From NCBI GenBank assembly GCA_030141605.1, contig JAQGDQ010000659.1:53421-117420 (forward strand): a stretch of 64,000 bases of DNA, given 5' to 3'. The DNA is from Tubiluchus corallicola. Lineage: Eukaryota > Animalia > Priapulida. The notes under the pieces were generated by a model, which was given only the letters and a program-made list of their open reading frames with translations, searched no databases and was not told the origin of the DNA. This document shows, piece by piece, positions 24,467 through 38,701 of the stretch; within the stretch, counting starts at the first letter, position 1, and every line of letters starts with the position of its first letter. The position numbers and the translations under genes are program-made.

Positions 24467-25380
24467 ATGAAATGAAGCCAGTTTAATGTAGACGAGATGA
24501 AGCCAGTTTAACGAAGATGAGATGAAGCCAGTTTAATGTAGATGAGATGAAGCCAGTTTAATGTAGATGACGTGAAGCCAGTTTAACCTACATGAGATGA
24601 AGCCAGTTTAATCTACATAAGATGAAGCCAGTTTAATGTACAAGAAATGAAGATAGTTTAAGCTAGGTGATGAAGCCAGTTTAAGATAGATGAGATGAAG
24701 CCAGTTTAATGTAGATGGGATGAAGCCAGTTTAATGAAGATGAGACGAAGCCAGTTTCATCTACATGAGATGAAGCCAGTTAAATGTACAAGAAATGAAG
24801 ATAGTTTAAGCTACGTCAGATGAAGCCACTTTAATATATAAGAAATGTTGCCAGTTTAATGTATAAGAAATGTAGCAAGTTTAATGAAGATGAGATGAAG
24901 CCAGTTTAATGAAGATGAGATGAAGCCAGTTTAATGTAGATGACGTGAAGCCAGTTTAACCTACATGAGATGAAGCCAGTTTAATCTACATAAGATGAAG
25001 CCAGTTTAATGTACAAGAAATGAAGATAGTTTAAGCTAGGTGATGAAGCCAGTTTAAGATAGATGAGATGAAGCCAGTTTAATGTAGATGGGATGAAGCC
25101 AGTTTAATGAAGATGAGACGAAGCCAGTTTCATCTACATGAGATGAAGCCAGTTAAATGTACAAGAAATGAAGATAGTTTAAGCTACGTCAGATGAAGCC
25201 AGTTTAATCTACATGAGACAAAGCCACTTTAATATATAAGAAATGTAGCCAGTTTAATGTATAAGAAATGTAGCAAGTTTAATGCAGACGAGATGAAGCC
25301 AGTTTAATGTATAAGAGATGAAGCCAGTTTAATGTATAAGAAATGAAGCCAGTTTAATGCAAATGAGATGAAGCATAATT
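24467..25380. repeat. 25-bp minisatellite with a higher-order duplication
   Basis: Unit gatgaagccagtttaatgtagatga; begins about 12 bp from the acceptor at 24455. Confidence 0.95.
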
Positions 25381-25576
25381 AACACAAGCGTCGGTTACTT
25401 GGAACAAAACACTTTCGTCCCAAACTGAGTCTATTAAACGGTGTCTACTGTAATTTAAGACTGCTCTGTACGGTTTCTCATTGGCTGTAAACGCTCTTAG
25501 TAAATGACTACAGGCCATCCTGTAATATAAAACAACATCCATGCAAAAGAAACGCTAGCAGGACACAATAATTTAA

Positions 25577-26031
25577 CACTTTCATACTCGTTGTATCCCG
25601 TGGGATACGTGAATATTTTCTGCCTTTAAAATTAATAACATTTTAAAACTGACAGTTATTTGATCTGTTAATAGTTATTTTGATTTAAGCCAATAACAAT
25701 AGACTAAAAATGGTGATAAAATGGCAAACTAGAAAATCTACATAGCATAAAAAACTGCGCAAGGTACAGTACTTTAGAGACGACTTTGTACAGATCAGCA
25801 TAGCGTGCATACTAAATGTCTTAAATACTTTAAAAATTATCAGCAGTTGCAAAATGAAGCACATTTTATGCTTCCATTGAATCCCAACGTATCCCGTGGG
25901 ATACAGGCTACATTTAGCACGCGGGCACAGGTAGAAAAAAATAATTATGTGTAAACAAGATGGACATACTGAACAAAAGTACCAAGCCAAAATTTTTTTC
26001 TTATTAAAAAAATAATTTGGGACTGAAAGGG
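25577..26031. mobile_element. piggyBac-like MITE (family H)
   Basis: TTAA flanks, C(A/C)CTTTCA...TGAAAGGG termini, internal palindromes GTATCCCGTGGGATAC. Confidence 0.88.
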
Positions 26032-26052
26032 TTAACAACTGTTATCTATTAC

Positions 26053-26247
26053 CTGATCCTGACTGAGACCGCGTACTTTGGGCAGTTTTTCCCCCACTAT
26101 ACTCTGCCTGCCCCTCAGCATGTGGTGAAACTCTTTATCGTAGCTGGGCTCGCCCGTCACGCCTCTCAGATGTATCCTACTCAACAATATGGCGAAAATT
26201 ATGCGGTCCGTGTGAAGCATTCCCCGAGCGACACGACCGTACGCCAC
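26053..26247 (-). CDS. DYNC1H1: Dynein HC exon
   Basis: VAYGRVARGMLHTDRIIFAILLSRIHLRGVTGEPSYDKEFHHMLRG...GLSQDQ; 195 nt. Confidence 0.95.
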
Positions 26248-26312
26248 CTAGTGAGGAAAAAATTATGAACAGAATGCCATCTGTTGGCAAGAAAACAACA
26301 ATTTGAACTCAA

Positions 26313-26997
26313 CTCCTTGAGGACCTGCATTTTATATGTGTTCATGAAAAACTGCTCTCACTATGCGGCGATTACGTAATATTTGATAATTTTTGTAGGT
26401 TTCACATAAAATTATAGACGAAATGCATTTGCTTACCTTAGACAAACTGAAAATCGAATTGAAAATGAAAAATCTCTATCAGTAACTGCAGTGTTTGCAC
26501 TGTAACAATGTACAGTATCACTTGTGTGAAACTGACTAATGTAGAAAATTTTAACTATCCAGACACAACACTCCGATACACTTTGGCTCGAAGTCTGCTC
26601 TATTTTTAAGGAGAAATTCCTGTTAGAAGATGAAATGAGTTTAATTTCTCCTTGGCTGATCGGTTGGTTTTTCCTGGAATTCTGTACAGCAAACGGTTCT
26701 CTTGGGCTGTAGCAAGCAGACGATCATTAAAATAGTGTGTACGATCAAGCAAGTGTACACCAGGCTAAGCTACTCAATAGGCTATGTTGTAGTGCCTCAA
26801 AAGGGCGTGTTTTTCTCAATTTTATCCAATTGAATCACTTATAAATGTTTAAACAAACAGCTTGATTGGATAGCTGAGATTCTCCTGAATAGAACAGTAC
26901 CTAATTTGTAATCATTTAGTTGTGTCTGTGCTCATACAGTATCAGAAGAGTCATGGGTCTTACAAGATCTATTTTGAATCGTACGGTACTGAAGGAG
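26313..26997. mobile_element. piggyBac-like MITE (family J); fragment at about 16132-16235
   Basis: CTCCTTGAGGACC ... GGTACTGAAGGAG-TTAA; shared gttcatgaaaaactgctctcacta. Confidence 0.6.
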
Positions 26998-27401
26998 TTA
27001 ATATGTAATGTAACAAGATTAGATCATATTTCTGGCTAACAAATTTGAATTTTTTACAATTGTTTTTTCACTTTTCATGGTCAGTGGTTCATGGTCAGTA
27101 GTAAACGCAGTTGGTGGTCAGTGCAAAATTCACTATGAGCCGTTACACGTGTTTTATGCATTTCGCCAAAACTGTTATTGTCAGAATCAGTAAAACTGAA
27201 GCTGCCATTTGTTATGCAAAGAACTTAATATTCTGAATGTTTCATGAAGTTTTACATTCAAATAGACTGCCCACACTGTACAAGAGAAACAAAAACCGCC
27301 ATGTAACACATCAATTAATAACGGATTTATCTACAAGCAAATAGGTCAAATCATAATAAATTAATAACTGTAATAAAAAGTGATAAATGTTATGAACTTA
27401 C

Positions 27402-27536
27402 AGTGAAAAGATCTGATGTTATGATAGACAGCCGTGCGTTGTGATCAGAAACATTCGACAAGTTCGTATTGTTGTACAGCACTGCACTAAATATCTCCAG
27501 GAAAAACTGCAGTGAGTACTGATACAAGAAATGCAC
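27402..27536 (-). CDS. DYNC1H1: Dynein HC exon
   Basis: [45 protein letters not shown]; ttctag| ... |GTAAGT; 135 nt. Confidence 0.95.
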
Positions 27537-28200
27537 CTAGAATATGAATATAATATTCACAGCAGTGAGTATTGATACAAGAAATGCACCTAGAATATGA
27601 ATACATTATTCATTGCAGTGAGTACTGATATACAAAATGTACCTAGAATATGAATATATTATTCACTGCAGGGAGTACTGATATACGAAATGCACCTAGG
27701 ATATGAATGTATTATTCACTGCAGGGAGTATTGAAACAAGAAATGCACCTAGAATATGAATACATTATTCATTGCAGTGAGTACTGATATACAAAATGCA
27801 CCTAGAATATGAATATATTATTCACTGCAGAGAGTACTGATACAAGAAATGCACCTAGAATATGAATATATTATTCACTGCAGGGAGTACTGATATACGA
27901 AATGCACCTAGGATATGAATGTATTATTCACTGCAGGGAGTATTGAAACAAGAAATGCACCTAGAATATGAATACATTATTCATTGCAGTGAGTACTGAT
28001 ATACAAAATGCACCTAGAATATGAATATATTATTCACTGCAGAGAGTACTGATACAAGAAATGCACCTAGAATATGAATATATTATTCACTGCAGGGAGT
28101 ACTGATATACGAAATGCACCTAGGATATGAATATATTATTCACTGCAGAGAGTACTGATACAAGAAATGCACCTAGGATATGAATATATTAGTCAATGCA
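27508..28200. repeat. 53-bp minisatellite containing acceptor and exon 5' end, about 13 copies
   Basis: Unit gcagtgagtactgatacaagaaatgcacctagaatatgaatatattattcact. Confidence 0.96.
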
Positions 28201-28502
28201 GGGGGTACTAATAATGGAAATGTAGGTAGAATATGCATATATTATTCTCTTCAGTATGTACCAATACATGAAATGTGCCAGAAATATGAATACATTATTC
28301 AAAAGAAATTGTTCAGGTATTTTTCTCCTTTCTTCTCTTTGCCAAGCTCTTCCTTCCTGCTTGTTTCATTCCAACTTTCTCTCTCTTTCATCCTTCCCAT
28401 TTCTACCTACTTCATTTTCCATCTTCCTCACTTGCAATCTGACGGTTGCTGATGCACGTGTTTCTTACTAAACCAAGTTTCTTAGAACTGTAAAGTACTG
28501 TG

Positions 28503-28559
<57 letters not shown>

Positions 28560-28567
28560 TCTCTCTC
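28503..28567. repeat. (CT)n microsatellite
   Basis: Read directly from the sequence. Confidence 0.97.
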
Positions 28568-28729
28568 AATCCCCCTCCCTCTCTTTTTCTTCCTCTGTCA
28601 TTCTTTCTCCTTTCCCCTCCTCTCACTCAGTTTTTCTAAACCTAAACACCAAACAGAATAACAAACACACGAACAAACCTGACTTGAACAAGTAAAATCT
28701 CACTGAAATAAAGCAATAAATAAACAAAC

Positions 28730-28895
28730 CTGATTTAATGATTCCATTGTAAAATAGATGGCACTGCAGGCGGTGGACAGTGGCATGTACTGCTGTGACA
28801 CCATGTCCACTTCGCTCATAACCTTGTCTGTTTCTTCCACTTTTTTGCTAACTTCCGCAGCCTCCGTCTTTAACTTCTCAAGAGCACTGATCACA
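28730..28895 (-). CDS. DYNC1H1: Dynein HC exon (buttress)
   Basis: [26 protein letters not shown]...[16 protein letters not shown]; 166 nt. Confidence 0.96.
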
Positions 28896-28980
28896 CTGAA
28901 ATGTCACCATGGCAACATGCATTAACAGTACGTTCATTATCACCGTAATTATACATGAGTGCTAAAAACCGTGAAGTTAA

Positions 28981-29528
28981 AGGAAAAGCGGACGATTGTT
29001 TAGACTGAATCTCATTTTAATTTACTGTCCAAAATATACATTTTCTTGCCTATAAAAGCTTGCAATTGTTGCTTACATTTTAATAATTAGCTTAGAAAGT
29101 TAATTAATGGCAACCGAACACAGCTATTGCTTACGTCAGAAACTAACCACAGTTTGTGCAAAGGCAGGCGTCTTCCCTTGCGCGTCAAGCACGTTTATGT
29201 AAGTGTTAAAGTACTGCTTAAACGCATGATGTCACGAAAATGTGCTCCACATCATATGACATCAAAAACTAACACCGCAGTTCATGATCATGGTTATCAC
29301 AGTACCGACTTCTATTTGTTGGCCACGCGCACGTGACAAAAAGACGCCACTGCCAATCTTAGTAGATTCACTGAGACGCGCGTAGCTTTGAAAGTTTAAC
29401 GAAATTTGAGTATCTGAGGTAATTATTATTTAATCTAAGCTTTGATTTAAAATAAGCTATTGTAGTTTTCAATATTTTAGAGCATACTTTATTTTGAACT
29501 CGTGTTTACACAATCGTCCGGTTTTCCT
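28981..29528. mobile_element. Kolobok-like MITE (family D)
   Basis: TTAA-AGGAAAAGCGGACGATTGT ... ACAATCGTCCGGTTTTCCT-TTAA. Confidence 0.88.
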
Positions 29529-29754
29529 TTAAGAGCATCAAAAAACAACAAGCAGGGTAGAAACCCGAGTATAACTGCACACGTGAGAGCAATGGGTAAC
29601 CATGGCAACAAACTTAGGTATCTATAGTAACAAACACAGAGCAACAAAGGTCAACTATAAACACATTGTGTATTAAGAACAAGTAAACGACAAATAAATG
29701 GTAACAATTTTTATTTGTCCACAAACAATACGTAACCATGGTAACGATTCTCAC

Positions 29755-29842
29755 CTGTCGTCGTCCAGAATGTTTCCTTTGGCTTCATTGAGAGTCTGCA
29801 GCAGTGATTTTTCCAGCTGCCTCAGTCTAAGTGCAAATTCAC
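29755..29842 (-). CDS. DYNC1H1: Dynein HC exon (buttress)
   Basis: [28 protein letters not shown]; 88 nt. Confidence 0.95.
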
Positions 29843-30084
29843 CTGTAAATTATAACAGCGAGTTTAAAATAATGGCCCTTTTTCACTCTGCTAAACCCAG
29901 TGGCGACTCGTAGCTAAAATTACTGGGGGTGCTGTTCCAGAAAATTTTCAGCCATTGTTTTAATATTGTGTAAGACGAAACAAACATATGTAATTCTAAT
30001 GTTGTAATTTGTAATTGTTATTTTAAACAAACAGACATAGGAAAGTTTATACACAAAGTTGATAAAATCCTAAGCAAAATATTT

Positions 30085-31770
30085 TAGTCTAACTTTCTGA
30101 ATGACAAGATTGACCATTCGACTTAACAACTGTAGGTCTATTAGTTTAACTTACTGAATGACAGACCGACCATTCGACTTAACAACTGTAGGTCTATTAG
30201 TTTAACTTTCTGAATGACAGACTGACCATTCCACTTAACAACAGTGGGTCTATTAGTCTAACTTTCTGAATGACAGACTGACCATTCCACTTAACAACAG
30301 TGGGTCTATTAGTCTAACTTTCTGAATGACAGATCGACCATTCGACTTAGCAACAGTGGGTCTATTAGTTTAACTTTCTGAATGACAGATCGACCATTCG
30401 ACTTAACAACTGTAGGTCTATTAGTCTAACTTTCTGAATGACAGACTGACCATTTGACTTAACAACAGTGGGTCTATTAGTTTAACTTACTGAATGACAG
30501 ACCGACCATTCCACTTAACAACAGTAGGTCTATTAGTCTAACTTTCTGAATGACAGACTGACCATTTGACTTAACAACAGTGGGTCTATTAGTCTAACTT
30601 TCTGAATGACAGATTGACCATTTGACTTAACAACAGTGGGTCTATTAGTCTAACTTTCTGAATGACAGACTGACCATTCGACTTAACAACTGTAGGTCTA
30701 TTAGTTTAACTTTCTGAATGACAGATTGACCATTTGACTTAACAACAGGGGGTCTATTAGTCTAACTTTCTGAATGACAGATTGACCATTTGACTTAACA
30801 ACAGTGGGTCTATTAGTCTAACTTTCTGAATGACAGACTGACCATTCGACTTAACAACTGTAGGTCTATTAGTCTAACTTTCTGAATGACAGACTGACCA
30901 TTCGACTTAACAACAGGGGGTCTATTAGTCTAACTTTCTGAATGACAGGTTGACCATTTGACTTAACAACAGTGGGTCTATTAGTCTAACTTTCTGAATG
31001 ACAGATTGACCATTTGACTTAACAACTGTAGGTCTATTAGTCTAACTTTCTGAATGACAGATTGACCATTTGACTTAACAACAGTGGGTCTATTAGTCTA
31101 ACTTTCTGAATGACAGATTGACCATTTGACTTAACAACAGTGGGTCTATTAGTCTAACTTTCTGAATGACAGATTGACCATTTGACTTAACAACAGTGGG
31201 TCTATTAGTCTAACTTTCTGAATGACAGATTGACCATTTGACTTAACAACAGTGGGTCTATTAGTCTAACTTTCTGAATGACAGATTGACCATTTGACTT
31301 AACAACAGGGGGTCTATTAGTCTAACTTTCTGAATGACAGATTGACCATTTGACTTAACAACAGTGGGTCTATTAGTCTAACTTTCTGAATGACAGATTG
31401 ACCATTTGACTTAACAACTGTAGGTCTATTAGTCTAACTTTCTGAATGACAGACTGACCATTTGACTTAACAACAGTGGGTCTATTAGTCTAACTTTCTG
31501 AATGACAGACTGACCATTCGACTTAACAACTGTAGGTCTATTAGTTTAACTTTCTGAATGACAGATTGACCATTTGACTTAACAACTGTAGGTCTATTAG
31601 TCTAACTTTCTGAATGACAGATTGACCATTCGACTTAACAACTGTAGGTCTATTAGTTTAACTTCTGAATGACAGATTGACCATTCGACTTAACAACTGT
31701 GAGTCTAATAGTTTAACTTACTGAATGACAGACTGACCATTTGACTTAGCAAGTGTAGGTCTATTAGTTT
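30085..31770. repeat. 56-bp minisatellite, about 30 copies
   Basis: Unit gtctattagtctaactttctgaatgacagattgaccatttgacttaacaacagtgg. Confidence 0.97.
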
Positions 31771-31816
31771 ATTCCCTCATTAAGAAATACATGTGGCAAA
31801 GAGAAATTGAAGTTTA

Positions 31817-31975
<159 letters not shown>

Positions 31976-32869
31976 CTAGCGAGAGAAATCAGAACTATAA
32001 CACAGGGTATCGAATTTATATTTTGGGCGCCTTAAATCCGTGAAGAAATTGAACTCGACTGCAATAAATAAATAATTATTCCTGGTTTTTATTTCATGAA
32101 CGAACGAACACAAACGTAATATGTTTGCTAGTACAGCAAAATCTTCCGTAAGTCGGCAAATAAGTTTTTCTAGTTATTCACACATCCTGAATCTCCATTT
32201 CATGAGGATCATTTTGATACCAAGCTCATCACTCTATGTTATTTCTAAGCTGAGATAATCCACGTTGAAGTTGAGGTGCAGGCTATGCAGTGAAAACATA
32301 ACCTTGAGAAAATCACTGTTAAAGGCAGCCATTGTTTTTTGTCGCATTTCTACAAAACACTTAGCAACCGCGCAAATGTTGATTTTTATGGACTTTGCAA
32401 GAACACATTGAAGTTTTGTTTAAATCCAGTAGATGGCTCTGACTGAGGAAGATCTGGTCTTGCAAACAGAGAAAACCCGAAGCAACTAGATGCAAAATGG
32501 GTGCTTCCACGAGCTACAACCGGAGTTTGAAAATAAATGTTTTTCACAATTGCAGCACTAGTTTGTAGACACAAAAGTCGACACTGTATTATAAAAGTGG
32601 ATTTTTCGTTTTTAATAGATTCTTGACAATTTGATGCTAAAATATAAAAACCCAATATATTTAGTGTTGATTTTTATAAAAAAACAAAAAATTGACATTT
32701 GACCAAATTTTTGGGTCATTCCACTTTGAAGCATCATAGCATAGTTTTAGCTAAGCCAACTTATGGACGATTTTGATTTGCAAGCACACATATTATTACC
32801 TGATTAACCCTTTGCGTAACAGACAGCTTGGCCGATTGTCTAAATGACTAACAAAGAAAAGATCAACTA

Positions 32870-33163
<294 letters not shown>

Positions 33164-33367
33164 CTAAACGGTTAATTATCCACTTTAAAATTCAAAAGCA
33201 GAAAGCCACCGTTTAGCATTTTCATCAACTGTCAAAGTCTTGTACTACTGTGTTATGGTTATTATAATTGTGTAAGGCATTTTCATTTTAGTTTATCAGT
33301 TATTTTGCATACATTAACAAAAGTACTTCAAGTAAATTAGATATTGATAACAAAGACATATATTTTA

Positions 33368-33646
33368 ACCAGACGGTTTAGTGTAGTGGTAATGCGTCTG
33401 CTTTCCGTCTGGGAGGTCGTGAGTTCGAACCAGCGGCCGGGTCATACCAAAGACTTTAAAAATGGTACCTGCTGTTGCCCTGCCTGGTATTTAGGGTAAA
33501 AGTGAGGTAATAATAGTCTCTGTTATGTAGTTGTAGGTTGTTATTTACAGTCGGCGATAATAGCTCTTTCAGCTAATGTTAATTGTTCACCCAAAAACCG
33601 ACAACATAATCCCAAAATAAAGATTATTATTATTATTATTATTATT
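33368..33646 (+). mobile_element. tRNA-derived SINE (probable MetaSINE-type core)
   Basis: A box TAGTGTAGTGG, B box GAGTTCGAACC, core GTCATACCAAAGACTTTAAAAATGGTACCTGCTG, (ATT)n tail. Confidence 0.8.
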
Positions 33647-33879
33647 CTTTAGTTACTCACACAAATTTGATAGTAACTTTATAATATAATAACTTTATAA
33701 TTATTGAACATGCCTCACAACAGGCTGGTAACAGTGCTACACATTTAACTAAATAAATATCAATGTCGTACAAACAGGGGTTGTTGCTAGATCATCACCC
33801 TATCTCAATGTAGTTTTTATCATCTTAAAGAAACATTGTATGTGATTGTATGTGTAACTTTAAATTAGATGAATAAAAC

Positions 33880-34043
33880 CTAATCTAATCTAATCTAATC
33901 TAATCTAATCTAATCTAATCTAATCTAATCTAATCTAATCTAATCTAATCTAATGTAATGTAATGTAATGTAATGTAATGTAATGTAATGTAATGTAATG
34001 TAATGTAATGTAATGTAATGTAATGTAATGTAATCTAATCTAA
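33880..34043. repeat. Compound pentanucleotide microsatellite (CTAAT)n(GTAAT)n
   Basis: Read directly from the sequence. Confidence 0.98.
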
Positions 34044-34906
34044 TAAAATCTAACTCATCCAAACTCGCCCACGATCATTTTGTATATTTGACCTTTGCAA
34101 TGTAGTGGGTTGAGGGAACAATTTGACCTTTGCAATGCAGTGGGTTGAGGGAACAATTTGACCTTTGCAAGGCAGTGGGTTGAGGGAACAATTTGACCTT
34201 AGCATTGCAATGGATCGAGGGAACGATATACAAAATGGGCTGAAGACATATTTTCACGAGAAAATGCGGGAATTACATCTCCGAGAATCATATTAGGATC
34301 ATTATCTGAATTATCAAGGAAAGACAGGATGATTTTTCATATACTGCCTAATTTTAAGTCCGATAAAAAGTATACATTTTAACACAATTAATACTGCAAA
34401 AGCGTTTCTGATAATTGAATAATACATTAGAATCTTAATTAATGGTGAGCGAGCTCAATTATTGATGACATCACAAACTAACACAATTTTCAACCGCAAA
34501 AATATTCCACGAGCGCGTTGCATGTGTTTTTGTGAAAGAGAAAATTGAAGTACAGTGCTACTGCGAGATATTCAGTGTGTTGTACTAAAATTAGGCAAGT
34601 TTCAAAATAAAAATTCGAATTTCAAATTTACCTCTGTGCTCACGCATAAACAGTCGAAGGTGTGCAGTTCATCACAAACTAACACAACTGAACTGAGAGG
34701 TACACCACCTGCAAAGCTTTCCGAAATGCAGGCACTGTGCCAGTCTTACTAGCGAACGGCGAAATGCATGTAAAAGCGAAGAACAAGTGGCGCAAATGCA
34801 AAATTTTGTTTGCGTGGTAATAATTCTATCACATAAGTCATTTTTGAAAAAATAGTATGTTTCAGTTCAACATTTTAAAGAGTAGATTGTTTTGACCTAC
34901 AGTTTA

Positions 34907-35332
<426 letters not shown>

Positions 35333-35900
35333 TCATGCATAATTCAAAATATCCCACTATATAGGATACATGATACATATGATCGTGAAGCTTCAAAAAA
35401 TTAACAAATTTTATTTTGCATATATTTTGTTGCCTATATTTCATAAATTATAAAATTAAACTTGGTTTTATTCATTTTACGCTTTGGTATTTCGGTTGTT
35501 TGTGTCTGGAGGCCTCAAAGCTTCACATTTGTCAGCAACGAAGATATGCCGCATTGCCGTAAAAGGCATGCTACAAATCGTACAGATTATCAAATAAACG
35601 ATACTTGTGCTTTATTTGAACTATTTTAGCCAAAATTTTTCAGTGATTTTTAACATCTAGGATCCAATATCCATGCAAATTAAATATTTCCGCTAAATGT
35701 TTTCTGTATAAAATTATCAATCGGTTTCCTGCAGGATATTTGTTGGATACGTTGTCACCAAGAGTCAGAGATGTTACACCATATCCCAGCATGCAATGAG
35801 GTTGATTCCAGAAACTTTATTCGTTCTTTGTTTCTGTTATTCATTCATGGAATGTACTTCATCTCTATACTCGTAATATCGTCTCTTTATTGTTATTTAA

Positions 35901-36427
35901 CCCTTTCACTACGTAGTTGTTTTTTAACAGGGCCACATTGTCTTTTGCACATTTGACAATAACTTCTTGTGGTGTATTACTACAACAGAATATTGTACAT
36001 AAACAAGCCAATGGTTATTAAACGCTAATATTGAATATTAGTTTTATTTATACACATGCACACGCACCTGCGCACACATATACGCACTCATGCATGCACA
36101 CACAAATAAGCACATGCTTATATTTAGAAGCCAATTTTCACAAAAGTCATATTACTAATCCATAATGCGCAATTAGTTTATAAGAATGCAGAACAAATGA
36201 CTAACTATCAACTATCAACAAGCAATTTCGCACGAGAATATACCGTACAGAGCAGTATTATGGAATGCACCTGGCTTTAGATGTTGATTGGCTGGTTAGC
36301 ATTACTTGTTGTGAAGCAACCCCAACCCCACGGCTGTTAAACTTTTTTTACTTTATTTTTGCATAGCCACAGCTGGCGCTTAGTGCTGAGCTTGGGCGGC
36401 AGTGTGTCGCCTTCCGTAGTGAAAGGG
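35901..36427. mobile_element. piggyBac-like MITE (family I); related ends at about 18161-18270 and inverted at 38507-38655
   Basis: TTAA-CCCTTTCACTACG ... CGTAGTGAAAGGG-TTAA. Confidence 0.85.
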
Positions 36428-36469
36428 TTAAATTACATCTAGAAAACACTTGGGTTTCAACAAACGCCT

Positions 36470-36830
36470 CACACATTACTCTTATGGCAATCGTAGACAC
36501 GAATGGGGGTTGGTTTTTCTCAACTAAACTTCGACCCGAGTCAGAGAGGATGTAAAGACTATGACGGAGCCTCTGTTTTACCCACGTGTACACATGGTGC
36601 CCCTATTGAAACCATTAATCATTTTCTAATTGCCTGCGCATTATATCACCAGGCTCAAGATACATTACTAAGCAAAGTCTGTACTTTGTTAATTCCTCAT
36701 AATATTAGAATCTGTCAACAAATGAACTCGTTTATCTGCTTCTTCATGGCAATCAACACTTAAATACATCTGTTAATATTCAAGTATTTAAGCTTGTAGA
36801 GAAATTCATATTTCTTACCAAGTGCTTCTA
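36470..36830 (+). mobile_element. Degraded LINE (CR1/L2-group-like) ORF2 3' end
   Basis: CTHGAPIETINHFLIACALY (C-x-x-G...ET..HF...C..Y motif), then a frameshift into LLHGNQHLNTSVNIQVFKLVEKFIFLTKCF*. Confidence 0.65.
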
Positions 36831-37423
36831 ATCATTGTATTAGTTTATATTGGTTACATAGTGATGTTATTGCCATTCTTAACATATATGCACGTATGCA
36901 TGTATGTATCCATATAGCTAGTAGTCTTACTCTAATGCTTCTACTGTTTGTCTATCGTCTGCAGTCTATTAAGTGTTACATTTCATTGGTGAGAACATTC
37001 ATCAGTTGTTAAAAACTGTCTGTTCAACACATATTGCAATATTTCTTAATGTTTAAACTAAATGCTTCGAATAACACTTACTAGTTTATCCGAAATGAAC
37101 CTGGACTTCTGCATTTCACATCATAATTATGTAAAACTAATATCATATTAATATTAATGCTATTCTCAACATTATGATATGTATGTACCTGTACTAGTAG
37201 TCATACTGTAATGCTTCTATTGTTTGTTTGTTGCTTTCTAAGTCTTCTGAGTGTTACGTTTCATTGGTGAGAACATTCATCAGTTGTTAAAAACGGTCTG
37301 TACAACCCGCATTGTAATATTTGTTATTCAACGAAAAATTTGTTTAACTAAATTACAAAAATCATGTTTTTTGCCTTAAACTTGAAAATCAACAGTTGCT
37401 AGCACAGAAAGAGTTATTGTTTA

Positions 37424-38507
37424 GGTGCATGCATGAGTGCATATATGTGTGCGCAGGTGCGTGTGCATGCATGAGTGCATATATGTGTGAGCAGGTTTGT
37501 GTGCATGCATGAGTGCATATATGTGTGAGCAGGTGCATGTGCATACATGAGTGCATATATGTGTGAGCAGGTGCGTGTGCATGCATGAGTGCATATGTGT
37601 GAGCAGGTGCATGTGCATGCATGAGTGCATATATGTGTGAGCAGGTGCGTGTGCATGCATGAGTGCATATATGTGTGAGCAGGTTTGTGTGCATGCATGA
37701 GTGCATATATGTGTGCGCAGATGCATGTGCATGCATGAGTGCATATATGTGTGAGCAGGTGCGTGTGCATGCATGAGTGCATATGTGTGCGCAGGTGCAT
37801 GTGCATGCATGAGTGCATATATGTGTGCGCAGGTATGAGTGCATATGTGTGAGCAGGTGCGTGTGCATGCATGAGTGCATATATGTGTGAGCAGGTTTGT
37901 GTGCATGCATGAGTGCATATATGTGTGAGCAGGTGCATGTGCATGCATGAGTGCATATATGTGTGAGCAGGTGCGTGTGCATGCATGAGTGCATATATGT
38001 GTGAACAGGTGCATGTGCATGCATGAGTGCATATATGTGTGAGCAGGTGCGTGTGCATGCATGAGTGCATATATGTGTGAACAGGTGCATGTGCATGCAT
38101 GAGTGCATATATGTGTGAGCAGGTGCATGTGCATACATGAGTGCATATATGTGTGAGCAGGTGCGTGTGCATGCATGAGTGCATATATGTGTGAGGAGGT
38201 GCATGTGCATACATGAGTGCATATATGTGTGAGCAGGTGCGTGTGCATGCATGAGTGCATATGTGTGAGCAGGTGCATGTGCATGCATGAGTGCATATAT
38301 GTGTGAGCAGGTGCGTGTGCATGCATGAGTGCATATATGTGTGAGCAGGTTTGTGTGCATGCATGAGTGCATATATGTGTGCGCAGATGCATGTGCATGC
38401 ATGAGTGCATATATGTGTGAGCAGGTGCGTGTGCATGCATGAGTGCATATGTGTGCGCAGGTGCATGTATGAGTGCATATATGTGTGCGCAGGTGCGTGT
38501 GCATGTG
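37424..38507. repeat. 38-bp alternating purine/pyrimidine-rich minisatellite
   Basis: Unit gtgcatgcatgagtgcatatatgtgtgagcaggtgcgt. Confidence 0.97.
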
Positions 38508-38701
38508 TATAAATAAAATTAATATTCAATATTAGTGTTTAATAACAATTGGCTACCAGTTTATGTACAAGATTCTGTTTTAGTAACACACCACAAGAAG
38601 TTATTGACCAATGTGCAAAAGCCAATGCGGCCTTGTTAAAAAACAACTACTTTTCGGGCATCCATACAATACGTGGACGCTGGACAGCAAGAAAAACTGA
38701 C

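Noticed and set aside
33368-33445. tRNA gene
   Set aside because: A and B boxes are present but I see no intact cloverleaf; it continues into a SINE core and tail.
37389-38529. Three overlapping His/Cys/Met-rich ORFs (339-371 aa)
   Set aside because: Artefact of a stop-free 38-bp satellite that is open in all three minus frames; derived from a MITE, not a metal-binding protein gene.
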